From contig JAHDCD010000005.1 of assembly GCA_020630095.1 (NCBI GenBank), forward strand, positions 81,358 to 145,357: 64,000 nucleotides of DNA. The letters run 5' to 3'. The DNA is from Rickettsiales bacterium. GTDB taxonomy: Bacteria; Pseudomonadota; Alphaproteobacteria; Rickettsiales; UBA8987. This document shows, piece after piece, positions 27,254 through 36,016 of the stretch. Position numbers and translations under genes: made by a program. Every line of letters begins with the position of its first letter. Within the stretch, counting starts at the first letter, position 1. The notes beneath the pieces are model-generated. The model did not search any database. It was not told where the DNA came from and saw nothing but the letters and a program-made list of their open reading frames with translations.

Positions 27254-27318
27254 TCATGCGAAAGCGGGAATCTATTGTGTGATCTTATTATAAGATCCCC
27301 GTCTGCGCGGGGATGACA
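27248..27318. repeat. Palindromic element family A, copy 3 (degenerate left hairpin, compensated right hairpin)
   Basis: TGTCATTCATGCGAAAGCGGGAATCT...AGATCCCCGTCTGCGCGGGGATGACA. Confidence 0.8.
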
Positions 27319-27331
27319 CCGCGAGGTAATT

Positions 27332-28375
27332 ATGAAGAAAGTTCTATATACTTTATTATTCTTAGTTTTGGGCGTATCGGGTTACGTTTTATTTTCAGAA
27401 AATTCAAAAACTAAAATTTCTAAGTCAATCGTGGCGAGTGCCTCTAAAGATTCATTCCAGCGTAAAATTTTAGTTCAAGCAATTAATAAATTAAGAAAAG
27501 ATCCTAGCTCTACTCATATGAAGATAATTACTTCTATTGAAGATGGTGAAATTTATAGGGCGATTAATTATTTGAAGAATGCGTATTCGAAGGATTCAGT
27601 TCAGCGTTCGGCGCGTGGTTTGGCTTTAGCTAATTTACATTTATATAATGGTGATTATGAACCGGCCATTAAGGAATATACTGAGATTTTATTAGATAAT
27701 AATGCCTCGCTAGATGCTCTTAATAACAGGGCGTATTGTTATAATAAATTGGGTAAGAAGGTTAATGAGTTGGATGATTATAATTCGATTCTTGATTTGC
27801 AGCCGTCTAATAAAATTGCGCGTAAAAATAGAGCGCAGTTGAATGACGAGTTGGGGAATCCATATGAAGCGATTGATGATTTAAACATTCTTATTGAAAA
27901 TGCAGGGGAGCTTAATTTAAGTGAGTTATTAATTATGCGTGCGCAGAGCTATAGTGCTATTGGTGTGTTTGATGATGCTACCGATGATATTGAGAAATCT
28001 ATTGAGCTAGATGGTGGTAACGCGACATCGTATATATCTATGGCGGGTAATATGACGCGTTTACAGCAATTTGAAGGGGCGCTTGAATATTATAATATGG
28101 CGGTGGAATTGGAGCCTAAGAATTATAATCATTATTATGCGCGTGGGTTGAATTATGCTTTTATGAATAATAAGGCAAAAGCGATTGATGATTTTACTTA
28201 TACGCTTAATTTGAGCCCGAACTATGTGCCTGCATTGCAGAATAGGGCGGTAACGTATCAGGCTATAGGCGATAAAGAATCTGCTATGGCGGATGTTAAT
28301 AGGATTTTATCTATCAATCCTACTTACCAAAATGCCATTAGTTTTAAGCAGTATTTAAGTGAAGGTTCTCGTTAG
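27332..28375 (+). CDS. Tetratricopeptide repeat protein, N-terminally anchored or secreted
   Basis: Hydrophobic N-terminus and multiple 34-aa TPR-like units (A..Y...L.L.P.N pattern). Confidence 0.75.
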   Translation: MKKVLYTLLFLVLGVSGYVLFSENSKTKISKSIVASASKDSFQRKILVQAINKLRKDPSSTHMKIITSIEDGEIYRAINYLKNAYSKDSVQRSARGLALANLHLYNGDYEPAIKEYTEILLDNNASLDALNNRAYCYNKLGKKVNELDDYNSILDLQPSNKIARKNRAQLNDELGNPYEAIDDLNILIENAGELNLSELLIMRAQSYSAIGVFDDATDDIEKSIELDGGNATSYISMAGNMTRLQQFEGALEYYNMAVELEPKNYNHYYARGLNYAFMNNKAKAIDDFTYTLNLSPNYVPALQNRAVTYQAIGDKESAMADVNRILSINPTYQNAISFKQYLSEGSR

Positions 28376-28432
28376 AGGATTTTCTACTTTTATTTTATTT
28401 TGTAATAAGTTATAAGGTGTGCACCTTTAATT

Positions 28433-28509
<77 letters not shown>

Positions 28510-28819
28510 TTAAATTATACCTCACTCCCTATTTTACATTTTATTAGTTAAACCATGGCTGTCATAGCCAGTTACCGCGTGTTAAATGTACAAATATACA
28601 ATATCTCTTTGACTAAATTGGCCATTTTATAGCGCTTTTTAAACAAAACCCTCTTATTGAAAAATCTGTACTGCAAATAATTTTTGAGCAGTGTAATAAT
28701 ATACAAAAGTTCGTTTTTTAGGATGGTAGGCAGTATGCTATTAGACTTGCCTGAAATAGCAATCTGATATTCGCATGATAAAATGCGGTGAATAGGGGCG
28801 TTATTTACCGCATCCCATA

Positions 28820-30406
28820 TTAAGCTGCTAGAATTTCATTTTGAATATTCCAGTCTAGTTCAGTAATTTGAGATAATTGCCTGAACGATAATTTTGCAGG
28901 AAGAGAGCCTCTGATTATAGAAGCCTGAATTTGAGGTGATAAAAAAGTCAAATTGAATAATTTTCTTAAATCTGAGTTATGAATATTCTTAGTTGCCGCA
29001 AACTCTTTAAGCATAAGATTTGAATCATAAAATTCTCTTTTCCATTTTTTAGCTTTAACTAATTTTGCTAAAATATAGTCTGATTTCGGGTTCAGCTCTT
29101 TTACATTATTTGTGGTAAAATCTTTAGGTGTAATATCACCTTTAACGGTAAGAATATTACCGTTCTCTAAAATGCTTAAGTTCCCCAACTTTTCAAAGTG
29201 AATATCGTTAGCTGCATGGTGGTAATTTTCTAATTCAGTATCTAATTTAGATCTATTAAACTTTACCTGAACCCAGCTGATATCAGCTACTATATCCAAA
29301 TCTATATTCAGCAAAATATCATTAAATTTCCTGTCATTATTTATATATCTCAGCTTTGGATTATTATGAGATGAGCAGATAATATCTTTAACCAATCGCT
29401 CAATTTTCTTGGCATTAACATTTGCTAATATTTTTGCTGATGAGCAAGATTTATAACCTTGCTTTAGCGCATGCTGAGAGGTGTAATAATAGTATTTCTT
29501 AGACCCTTTATTTGCATGAGTTCCTTGCATCAGATAATTATCAGTGGTTCTAATTAAGCCTTTAAGTAAATAATTATGCTTTGATGATTTATTATTTATC
29601 CCAGTTTGAGTTTTTAGCAATTTCTGCTGCACTTTCTCAAAGGTTTCATCAGCAATAATTGCTTCATGCTCACCTTCATAAACTTCTCCCTTATGACATA
29701 TTTTACCGTTTACCAATTTATTAGCGAGCAGCGTTTTAAGAGTAATCTTATTATATGAGTTGCCCTGAGATGTCTTGATATGCTCAATCTTTTCAAGTGT
29801 GTCAATAAAGCCTTTAGATTTCAAAAAGGTCTTAAAAATGAATATTAAGTCATCTTTATGTATCGAATTTATCAAAAGTTTTCTATCTTCAACTTTATAA
29901 CCTAGCGGCACAGGGCCACCCATCCACATTCCTTTCTTTTTTGATGCTGCGAACTTATCTCTAATTCTCTCAGATGTTACTTCACGTTCAAATTGAGCAA
30001 AGCTGAGTAGCACGTTTAGCGTCAATCGCCCCATTGAAGATGTGGTGTTAAATTGTTGAGTAATGGATACAAAACTTACTTCATGCTTATCAAACACCTC
30101 AATCATCTTAGCAAAATCTGCAAGTGCGCGTGTTAGCCGATCAACTTTATAAACAACCACTATATCAACCAACCCCGCCTCAATATCTTTCAATAGTTGC
30201 TGTAGCGCTGGCCTATTCATATGACCACCTGATATTCCACCATCATTATATTGAGTTTTAACCAACTGCCAGCCTTCATGCTTATGCGCCTGAACATATG
30301 CTTCACCAGCCTCTCTCTGTGCATCTAGGGAATTAAACTCCTGCTCTAATCCTTCCTCAGAAGATTTACGAGTATATATTGCACATTTAAGTTTCTTAAC
30401 TGCCAT
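28820..30406 (-). mobile_element. Large serine recombinase (integrase) CDS
   Basis: The ATG at 30406 is preceded by GGAGG. The N-terminal resolvase domain has AIYTRKSS, VVVYKVDRLTR and SFAQFERE. A long C-terminal recombinase/zinc-ribbon-like region follows. Confidence 0.9.
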
Positions 30407-30836
30407 TCTTACCTCCCCCAAGATTAAAGAATTTAGGCCCAGATTGATGCACTCCTGTAATATCTTTGGCGACTGCACTCAAGGATTTATAACTCTGATT
30501 ATTATACTCAAATTTAGATTTACCTTTATAAGTTACCTCAATTTGTATACCCTTATATCTCTTTCTAAGAATCTGCCCTTCGCTAAATAACTCGGTGTCT
30601 TTTTTAGTAGTTTTTAGAGATTCTTTATCACCTGGATCTTTCATTAGCCTTGCTATTTTCAAGCGTTCACTGTCCTTAAGCCCTCCATTTTCTCTTCGCT
30701 GCAACTCATATGCAATCTCTTGTCGTAGTAGCGATAATATTGATGGCGGTTTATAATTAAAATTAAGCTTAGACCAAATTAACTCCAGCTCTTCACGATT
30801 TATATTCTCAATTTCTGATATAAATATATTCTTCAT
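30396..30836 (-). CDS. DUF2924-like protein, usual partner of large serine recombinases
   Basis: ATG at 30836. It overlaps the recombinase start by 11 nt. The C-terminal YNNQSYKSLSAVAKDITGVHQSGPKFF matches my recollection of DUF2924. Confidence 0.65.
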   Translation of the reverse strand: MKNIFISEIENINREELELIWSKLNFNYKPPSILSLLRQEIAYELQRRENGGLKDSERLKIARLMKDPGDKESLKTTKKDTELFSEGQILRKRYKGIQIEVTYKGKSKFEYNNQSYKSLSAVAKDITGVHQSGPKFFNLGGGKNGS

Positions 30837-30932
30837 AGCAAGCGCATACACGCTCTGCTTCAACGGTAAGTCAAGTTGTTACTTTTACTTATTCTACTTG
30901 ATACGCATATTTATCTGATTTAAACTGTGTTT

Positions 30933-31134
30933 AGCACTAATAAATGTGCTGGGGCTTCAAAACCTCTTTCCAGACGCGGTAGACTGCAGCTACCGTTATC
31001 AAAACTGCTATCATCTCGATTTTAAGTCGGGGTGGTGGCGTAATACAAGAACTGCTCGCAGTAAAAGCGTCGCGGTCGCTCGTTTGGACGACTTTTGAAC
31101 ACCCCGGCACCAAGAAATTGGTGCCTTTATTTTA
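30933..31134 (+). ncRNA. Candidate structured small RNA (unclassified)
   Basis: A TTGATA-N17-TAAACT promoter lies at 30898-30926. The stretch is visibly GC-enriched, with hairpins at 30977-30995 and a long-range CGGGGTG/CACCCCG pair. It ends in a GGCACC/GGTGCC stem plus T-run at 31106-31134. Confidence 0.3.
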
Positions 31135-31382
31135 TATTATGTTGGGCGTTCTAAAATTCTTATTTGTAATAATCCTTATCTTGCTATCACCAGCAATAAT
31201 TCTGGTTTATATTATTGGATTCTTAGTGAAGGAGTTTTTTGTAAAAATTAAGATAGCAATAAAAGGTAATTTTTAACCCCCGCAACCTAAACACGACATA
31301 AACGGAGATAAATTAACGTACCAAGACATAATTACATTACTTTATCCTCGCTTTCGTGAAAAACAGCTTCTATCTTCATTAT

Positions 31383-32939
31383 ATGAGTAATAACAATGAT
31401 TCACTTTCTAACGAAATTAAGCAAACATTATGGAAAACGGCAGATAAGCTACGTTCAACCATGAGCCCATCAGAATATAAGCACGTGGTGCTTGGCTTAA
31501 TATTCTTAAAGTATATTTCAGACTCATTTGAAGTTCGCCGCTCAACCCTAGAAAATAATTTCCGCAATCCCGACCACGCAGATTATGAAGCTGATGAAGC
31601 AGAAATATTAGAGCTATTGGAAGAAAAAGATTATTACACCATGGATAATATATTCTTCGTACCCAGCAACTCACGCTGGCAAGCAATCCAAAATTCAGCA
31701 AAACAAGCCGGCCTAGGTAAACGCATAGATGACGCCCTGCTAGAAATTGAAAATGAAAACCAATCATTAAAAGGCATCTTAAACCGCAATTACGCACGCT
31801 TACCAATTGAAGATGATAAACTAGCTGGCCTAATTGATTTAATATCTACCATAGGCTTCAATGAAGGCGATAAATCCACCGACATATTAGGGCAAGTTTA
31901 CGAATATTTCCTAGGACAATTCGCATCAGCCGAAGGTAAACGTGGCGGCGAGTTCTACACATCAGCTTCAATTGTAAAAACCCTTGTTGAAGTGCTAGCC
32001 CCATATAAAGGTAAAATTTACGACCCTTGCTGTGGCTCTGGTGGTATGTTCGTTCAATCAGAAAAATTCATCAAAGCTCATGGCGGTAAAATTGCCGATA
32101 TCTCCATTTACGGGCAAGAGATGAACTCAACCACATGGAAGCTGGCCGCAATGAACCTAGCAATTCGTGGCATAGATTATAATCTAGGGCGTGAACCGCA
32201 AGATAGCTTCTTCAAGAACCAACACCCAGATTTACGTGCAGATTTCATAATGGCTAACCCTCCATTTAACGTTTCAGATTGGGGCGGCGATAAGCTAGAG
32301 AGTGATAATCGCTGGAAATATGGCACTCCGCCAGCAGGTAATGCCAACTTCGCTTGGATTCAGCACATGATACACCATCTGAACGCCAACGGTAGAGCCG
32401 GCATAGTGCTTGCTAATGGTTCAATGAGCTCCACCACATCAGGCGAAGGAGAAATTCGCAAAAGCCTAGTTGAAGGAGATGTTGTAGAGTGCATGGTGGC
32501 ACTTCCGGGGCAATTATTCTTCAACACGCAAATTCCCGTTTGCTTATGGTTTTTAGCCAAGCAAAAGAAACGCAAAGGCGAGGTGCTATTTATTGACGCG
32601 CGCAATTTAGGCGAAATGGAAACCAGAGTACAAAAAGTTTTCTCTGATTCCGATATATCAGAAATTGCCAACACATACCATAATTGGGCGGCAGCTAATG
32701 ATGAATATGAAGATATAAAGGGGTTTTGTAAATCTGCCAGCTTAGCTGATATTGAAAGCCATGATTTTGTGCTAACCCCCGGCAGATATGTTGGCGTTGC
32801 CGATGAAGAAGATGATGGCATACCATTTGAAGATAAAATGCGAGATTTAACGCAAAACCTAAAGACTCAATTTGAAACCTCCGCCGAACTTGAACTGCGA
32901 ATTAAAGATAACCTTTCTAAATTGGGTTATGCGATATAA
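31383..32939 (+). CDS. hsdM: Type I restriction-modification system methyltransferase subunit
   Basis: N-terminal LWKTADKLR, AdoMet motif DPCCGSGGMF and catalytic NPPFN. Confidence 0.95.
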   Translation: MSNNNDSLSNEIKQTLWKTADKLRSTMSPSEYKHVVLGLIFLKYISDSFEVRRSTLENNFRNPDHADYEADEAEILELLEEKDYYTMDNIFFVPSNSRWQAIQNSAKQAGLGKRIDDALLEIENENQSLKGILNRNYARLPIEDDKLAGLIDLISTIGFNEGDKSTDILGQVYEYFLGQFASAEGKRGGEFYTSASIVKTLVEVLAPYKGKIYDPCCGSGGMFVQSEKFIKAHGGKIADISIYGQEMNSTTWKLAAMNLAIRGIDYNLGREPQDSFFKNQHPDLRADFIMANPPFNVSDWGGDKLESDNRWKYGTPPAGNANFAWIQHMIHHLNANGRAGIVLANGSMSSTTSGEGEIRKSLVEGDVVECMVALPGQLFFNTQIPVCLWFLAKQKKRKGEVLFIDARNLGEMETRVQKVFSDSDISEIANTYHNWAAANDEYEDIKGFCKSASLADIESHDFVLTPGRYVGVADEEDDGIPFEDKMRDLTQNLKTQFETSAELELRIKDNLSKLGYAI

Positions 32940-32967
32940 CTTTTTTGTCGTTCGTTGACGCAGTAAT

Positions 32968-32997
32968 TGTCATTCGCCGACTTGATCGGCGAATCCA
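32968..32997. repeat. Half-size palindromic element related to families A/B
   Basis: TGTCAT-TCGCCGA-CTTGA-TCGGCGA-ATCCAG. It has the same GTCAT terminus and the ATCCAG of family B. Confidence 0.55.
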
Positions 32998-33012
32998 GAA
33001 ATAAAAATAATT

Positions 33013-33618
33013 ATGAAAAATTTATTAAAAATAGAAAAGTGGATTAAAGAAAAACTTATCTCACTAAAAAGTCAAGTTAAGCCTTTTTGTCATTTAATAG
33101 GTTTGTTGGGCGCATTCTTATTGCTTATTATTTTTTTACTATCTTCAAAGAAGATAGATATTCTCATTATTTATACTCAAATGTTTGTTGGCATAGGCTT
33201 GATATACTTTGCAGGTAAGCAATATCAAAATCAAAAGATACAAAGAGAAGATGCACTTTTTGATAAGAGGTTAAATCTTATTAAAAAGATAGATAGTCAG
33301 TTTATAAAGCTAAGTTTAGAAATAAATTCCGCTCAAAAAGAAGAGATTAATTTAGAAAAACTTTATCATGATGCTACAAGCCTTATGGGTTTACTAACCT
33401 TTGAAAGAAAAGAGTTTGAATATCTATTCCCTGATAATAAAAACCAAGGAGTAATTAATTTTTTTACATTAATGAAGCTATCAACAGACTTTGTAAGTAA
33501 TGGATTAGATAAGTGTAAAGATAATAATTCTATAAGAAGTAAATTTATTGCTGATATACGAGATATAATGATGAACCTTCCTTTTGAAGATTTAACAAAA
33601 TTTATAGAAAATGAATAA
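33013..33618 (+). CDS. Two-TM membrane protein of unknown function nested between hsdM and hsdS
   Basis: Hydrophobic segments LIGLLGAFLLLIIFLL and IIYTQMFVGIGLIYFA, followed by a helical cytoplasmic tail. The stop overlaps the hsdS start by 8 nt. Confidence 0.6.
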   Translation: MKNLLKIEKWIKEKLISLKSQVKPFCHLIGLLGAFLLLIIFLLSSKKIDILIIYTQMFVGIGLIYFAGKQYQNQKIQREDALFDKRLNLIKKIDSQFIKLSLEINSAQKEEINLEKLYHDATSLMGLLTFERKEFEYLFPDNKNQGVINFFTLMKLSTDFVSNGLDKCKDNNSIRSKFIADIRDIMMNLPFEDLTKFIENE

Positions 33619-34894
33619 TTGGCAAGAAAAGACGCTAGGCGAAGTTTGTTTTAATGCATCAGAAACATTTGATCTAAAAAAACAAGATGAAGTCATTTTT
33701 ATAAATACAGGAGACGTATTAAAGAATAAATTCTTACACAATAATCTATCCAAAGTTAAAGGATTGCCGGGGCAGGCAAAAAAATCAATTATTATAAACG
33801 ATTTGTTGTATAGTGAGATAAGGCCGCAAAATAGCCGGTATGCATTAGTAGATTTCGATTGTGAAAACTACGTTGTTTCAACTAAGTTTATGATTTTGAG
33901 ATCATACAATAATATACTGCCTAAATATTTACTTTTATTACTTAGCTCAAATATTTATTTAAAAGAGTTTCAACTAATAGCAGAATCAAGATCTGGAACA
34001 TTTCCTCAAATCACGTTTGACTCAATATCTTATTTTCCAATTAACTTACCACCTATAGACGAGCAGGAGAGGATAGCGGAGGTGCTGGGGAGTTTAGATG
34101 ATAAGATAGAGAATAATAACCGCATGAATAAAAGCCTTGAGCAGATGGCGGAGGCGATATTCAAATGTTGGTTCATTGACTTTGAGCCGGTAAAGGCAAA
34201 AATGGCTGGCGAAAGCGAGGAGTCTATTTGCGCTAGGTTAAACATCACCCCTGAAATTCTAACCCTCTTCCCTAACTCCCTCACCGAATCCGAACTAGGC
34301 AAAATCCCTACAGGCTGGGAAGTTAAAACTTGCGGCGAAGTATTTGATATTTGTGGTGGCACCACTCCAAGCACGAAGAATGAAGCTTTTTGGAATGGGG
34401 ATATAAACTGGGTAACTCCAAAAGATTTATCTAGGTTAAATTCAATAATTTTAACAAATAGTGAAAGAAAGATAACAGAAGCTGGGCTTATGAAAATCAG
34501 CTCTGGATCGCTCCCTGTTAATACAGTTCTGATGTCTTCAAGAGCACCTGTTGGGTACTTATCAATAACGGCAATTGAAACAGCCATTAATCAAGGATTT
34601 ATTGCATTTAAAGAAAATACAAACTTACCATCAGAATATACACTAAACTGGTTGAAGCATAATATGGAAGAGATTAAGAACCGTTCGGGCGGCTCAACCT
34701 TTTCAGAGATTAGCAAAACTGTTTTTAGATCAATTGATAAAATTTTACCCGAAAGTGAAATAATTAATTCTTACGTGGGTATAGCAAAAGCCATGTATCA
34801 AAAAATTAATGAGAATCAGAAACAATCGGAGGAGTTGGCGAAGGCAAGAGATGCGCTTCTGCCAAAACTAATCTCCGGCGAAATAAGGGTATAG
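33611..34894 (+). CDS. hsdS: Type I restriction-modification system specificity subunit
   Basis: Two target-recognition domains are separated by a conserved helix (PPIDEQERIAEVLGSLDDKIENN). The C-terminal conserved helix is LPKLISGEIRV. Confidence 0.93.
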   Translation: MNNWQEKTLGEVCFNASETFDLKKQDEVIFINTGDVLKNKFLHNNLSKVKGLPGQAKKSIIINDLLYSEIRPQNSRYALVDFDCENYVVSTKFMILRSYNNILPKYLLLLLSSNIYLKEFQLIAESRSGTFPQITFDSISYFPINLPPIDEQERIAEVLGSLDDKIENNNRMNKSLEQMAEAIFKCWFIDFEPVKAKMAGESEESICARLNITPEILTLFPNSLTESELGKIPTGWEVKTCGEVFDICGGTTPSTKNEAFWNGDINWVTPKDLSRLNSIILTNSERKITEAGLMKISSGSLPVNTVLMSSRAPVGYLSITAIETAINQGFIAFKENTNLPSEYTLNWLKHNMEEIKNRSGGSTFSEISKTVFRSIDKILPESEIINSYVGIAKAMYQKINENQKQSEELAKARDALLPKLISGEIRV

Positions 34895-34897
34895 GTT

Positions 34898-35296
34898 ATG
34901 AATGAGGTTAGATATAATTTACAAAATATATCTTTAGCAGTTGAAGGGCTTATTATTGGATCGGGCTCAATTGGCAAACGTCTTGCTAATGAATGCACTA
35001 TGGGCAACCCTTTAGATAAGATTGATTGGGAGTATTTACATAATCATTGTGATGCTTGGATTAAAGAAGATGTTGAATACTTGAAAAATAAATTTGAGGA
35101 GATTGAGGCACTTTCTAAAAAAAGAATTAAAGATGAGATAGAAATGCAAGGTATTATGTATGAAAGAGGAATTAGGTATAATAACAGCGTTGAAGCTCTA
35201 ATATCTAGAATGAAGGGGCAGGCAAAAGAAATCGCAAAGCATCTTCACAACATACATATGTATAATTGTTATAAAGAAAGGTGGGGGAATGAATAA
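34898..35296 (+). CDS. Hypothetical 132-aa protein (first gene of nested cassette)
   Basis: The ORF starts 3 nt after the hsdS stop. No recognisable motif. Confidence 0.5.
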   Translation: MNEVRYNLQNISLAVEGLIIGSGSIGKRLANECTMGNPLDKIDWEYLHNHCDAWIKEDVEYLKNKFEEIEALSKKRIKDEIEMQGIMYERGIRYNNSVEALISRMKGQAKEIAKHLHNIHMYNCYKERWGNE

Positions 35297-35299
35297 GTA

Positions 35300-36016
35300 A
35301 TGAGTAAAAAGTTTAACATATATTGCGATGAGAGCTGTCATTTGCTGCCGAAAACTATCATAGAAGAAAATAGATATATGGTGCTTGGTGGTATTGAATG
35401 TCCTGAAAATATTAAATCTGAAATCTTTAATAGAATTAAAGAAATTAAAGAAAACAATGGGATTAAATATTCTACAGAACTTAAATGGACTAAGGTTTCT
35501 AAGGGTAAAGTTGAAGCTTATAAAGATATTATAAATTATTTCTTTGATAAAGATGGCCTTAAATTTAGAGCAGTTGTTGTTGATAAATCTAAACTTAAAG
35601 AAGGCGAAGATAAAAAGTCATTTAACGAGCTATATTATAAAATTTACTACCAACTTCTTAATTGGTTTTTAGATGATAGCCATTTGTATAATATCTATAT
35701 TGACATTAAAGACACCCAGGGTGTTGAGAAAATAGATAAATTAAAAGATGTTCTTCGAAATAAACTCTACGATTTTGATGGTAATTGCTTGAAGAAGATT
35801 CAGCAAATTCGCTCTCATGAAGTAGCTACAATGCAGATGGTTGATATAATAATTGGTGCTGTATCATACGCCAATAGATATGGCGATAAAGGCAAGAGTG
35901 ATGCTAAGAATGAATTGGTTGATCTTATCCGTAGTAAATCTGGATTAAGCTTAGTTAAAAGTTCTACTCAAGGGGCTAAAAAATTTAATATTTTCTGCTG
36001 GGAGGGTAAGCGATAA
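35300..36016 (+). CDS. DUF3800-like protein
   Basis: The N-terminal IYCDESCH and C-terminal MQMVDIIIGAVSYA segments match my recollection of the DUF3800 signature. Confidence 0.6.
   Translation: MSKKFNIYCDESCHLLPKTIIEENRYMVLGGIECPENIKSEIFNRIKEIKENNGIKYSTELKWTKVSKGKVEAYKDIINYFFDKDGLKFRAVVVDKSKLKEGEDKKSFNELYYKIYYQLLNWFLDDSHLYNIYIDIKDTQGVEKIDKLKDVLRNKLYDFDGNCLKKIQQIRSHEVATMQMVDIIIGAVSYANRYGDKGKSDAKNELVDLIRSKSGLSLVKSSTQGAKKFNIFCWEGKR

Noticed and set aside
30951-31134. The GC-rich structured region was considered as a tRNA, tmRNA, SRP RNA, RNase P RNA or 6S RNA fragment.
   Set aside because: I could find no T-loop (TTCRA) or acceptor geometry, no tmRNA tag frame, no SRP GGAA/GNAR domain IV motif and no RNase P conserved blocks. 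It is kept only as an unclassified candidate RNA.
31379-34587. Antisense ORFs within hsdM and hsdS (31379-31567, 31417-31806, 32360-32821, 34030-34587).
   Set aside because: They lie opposite genes with unambiguous family motifs, and no independent signals support them.
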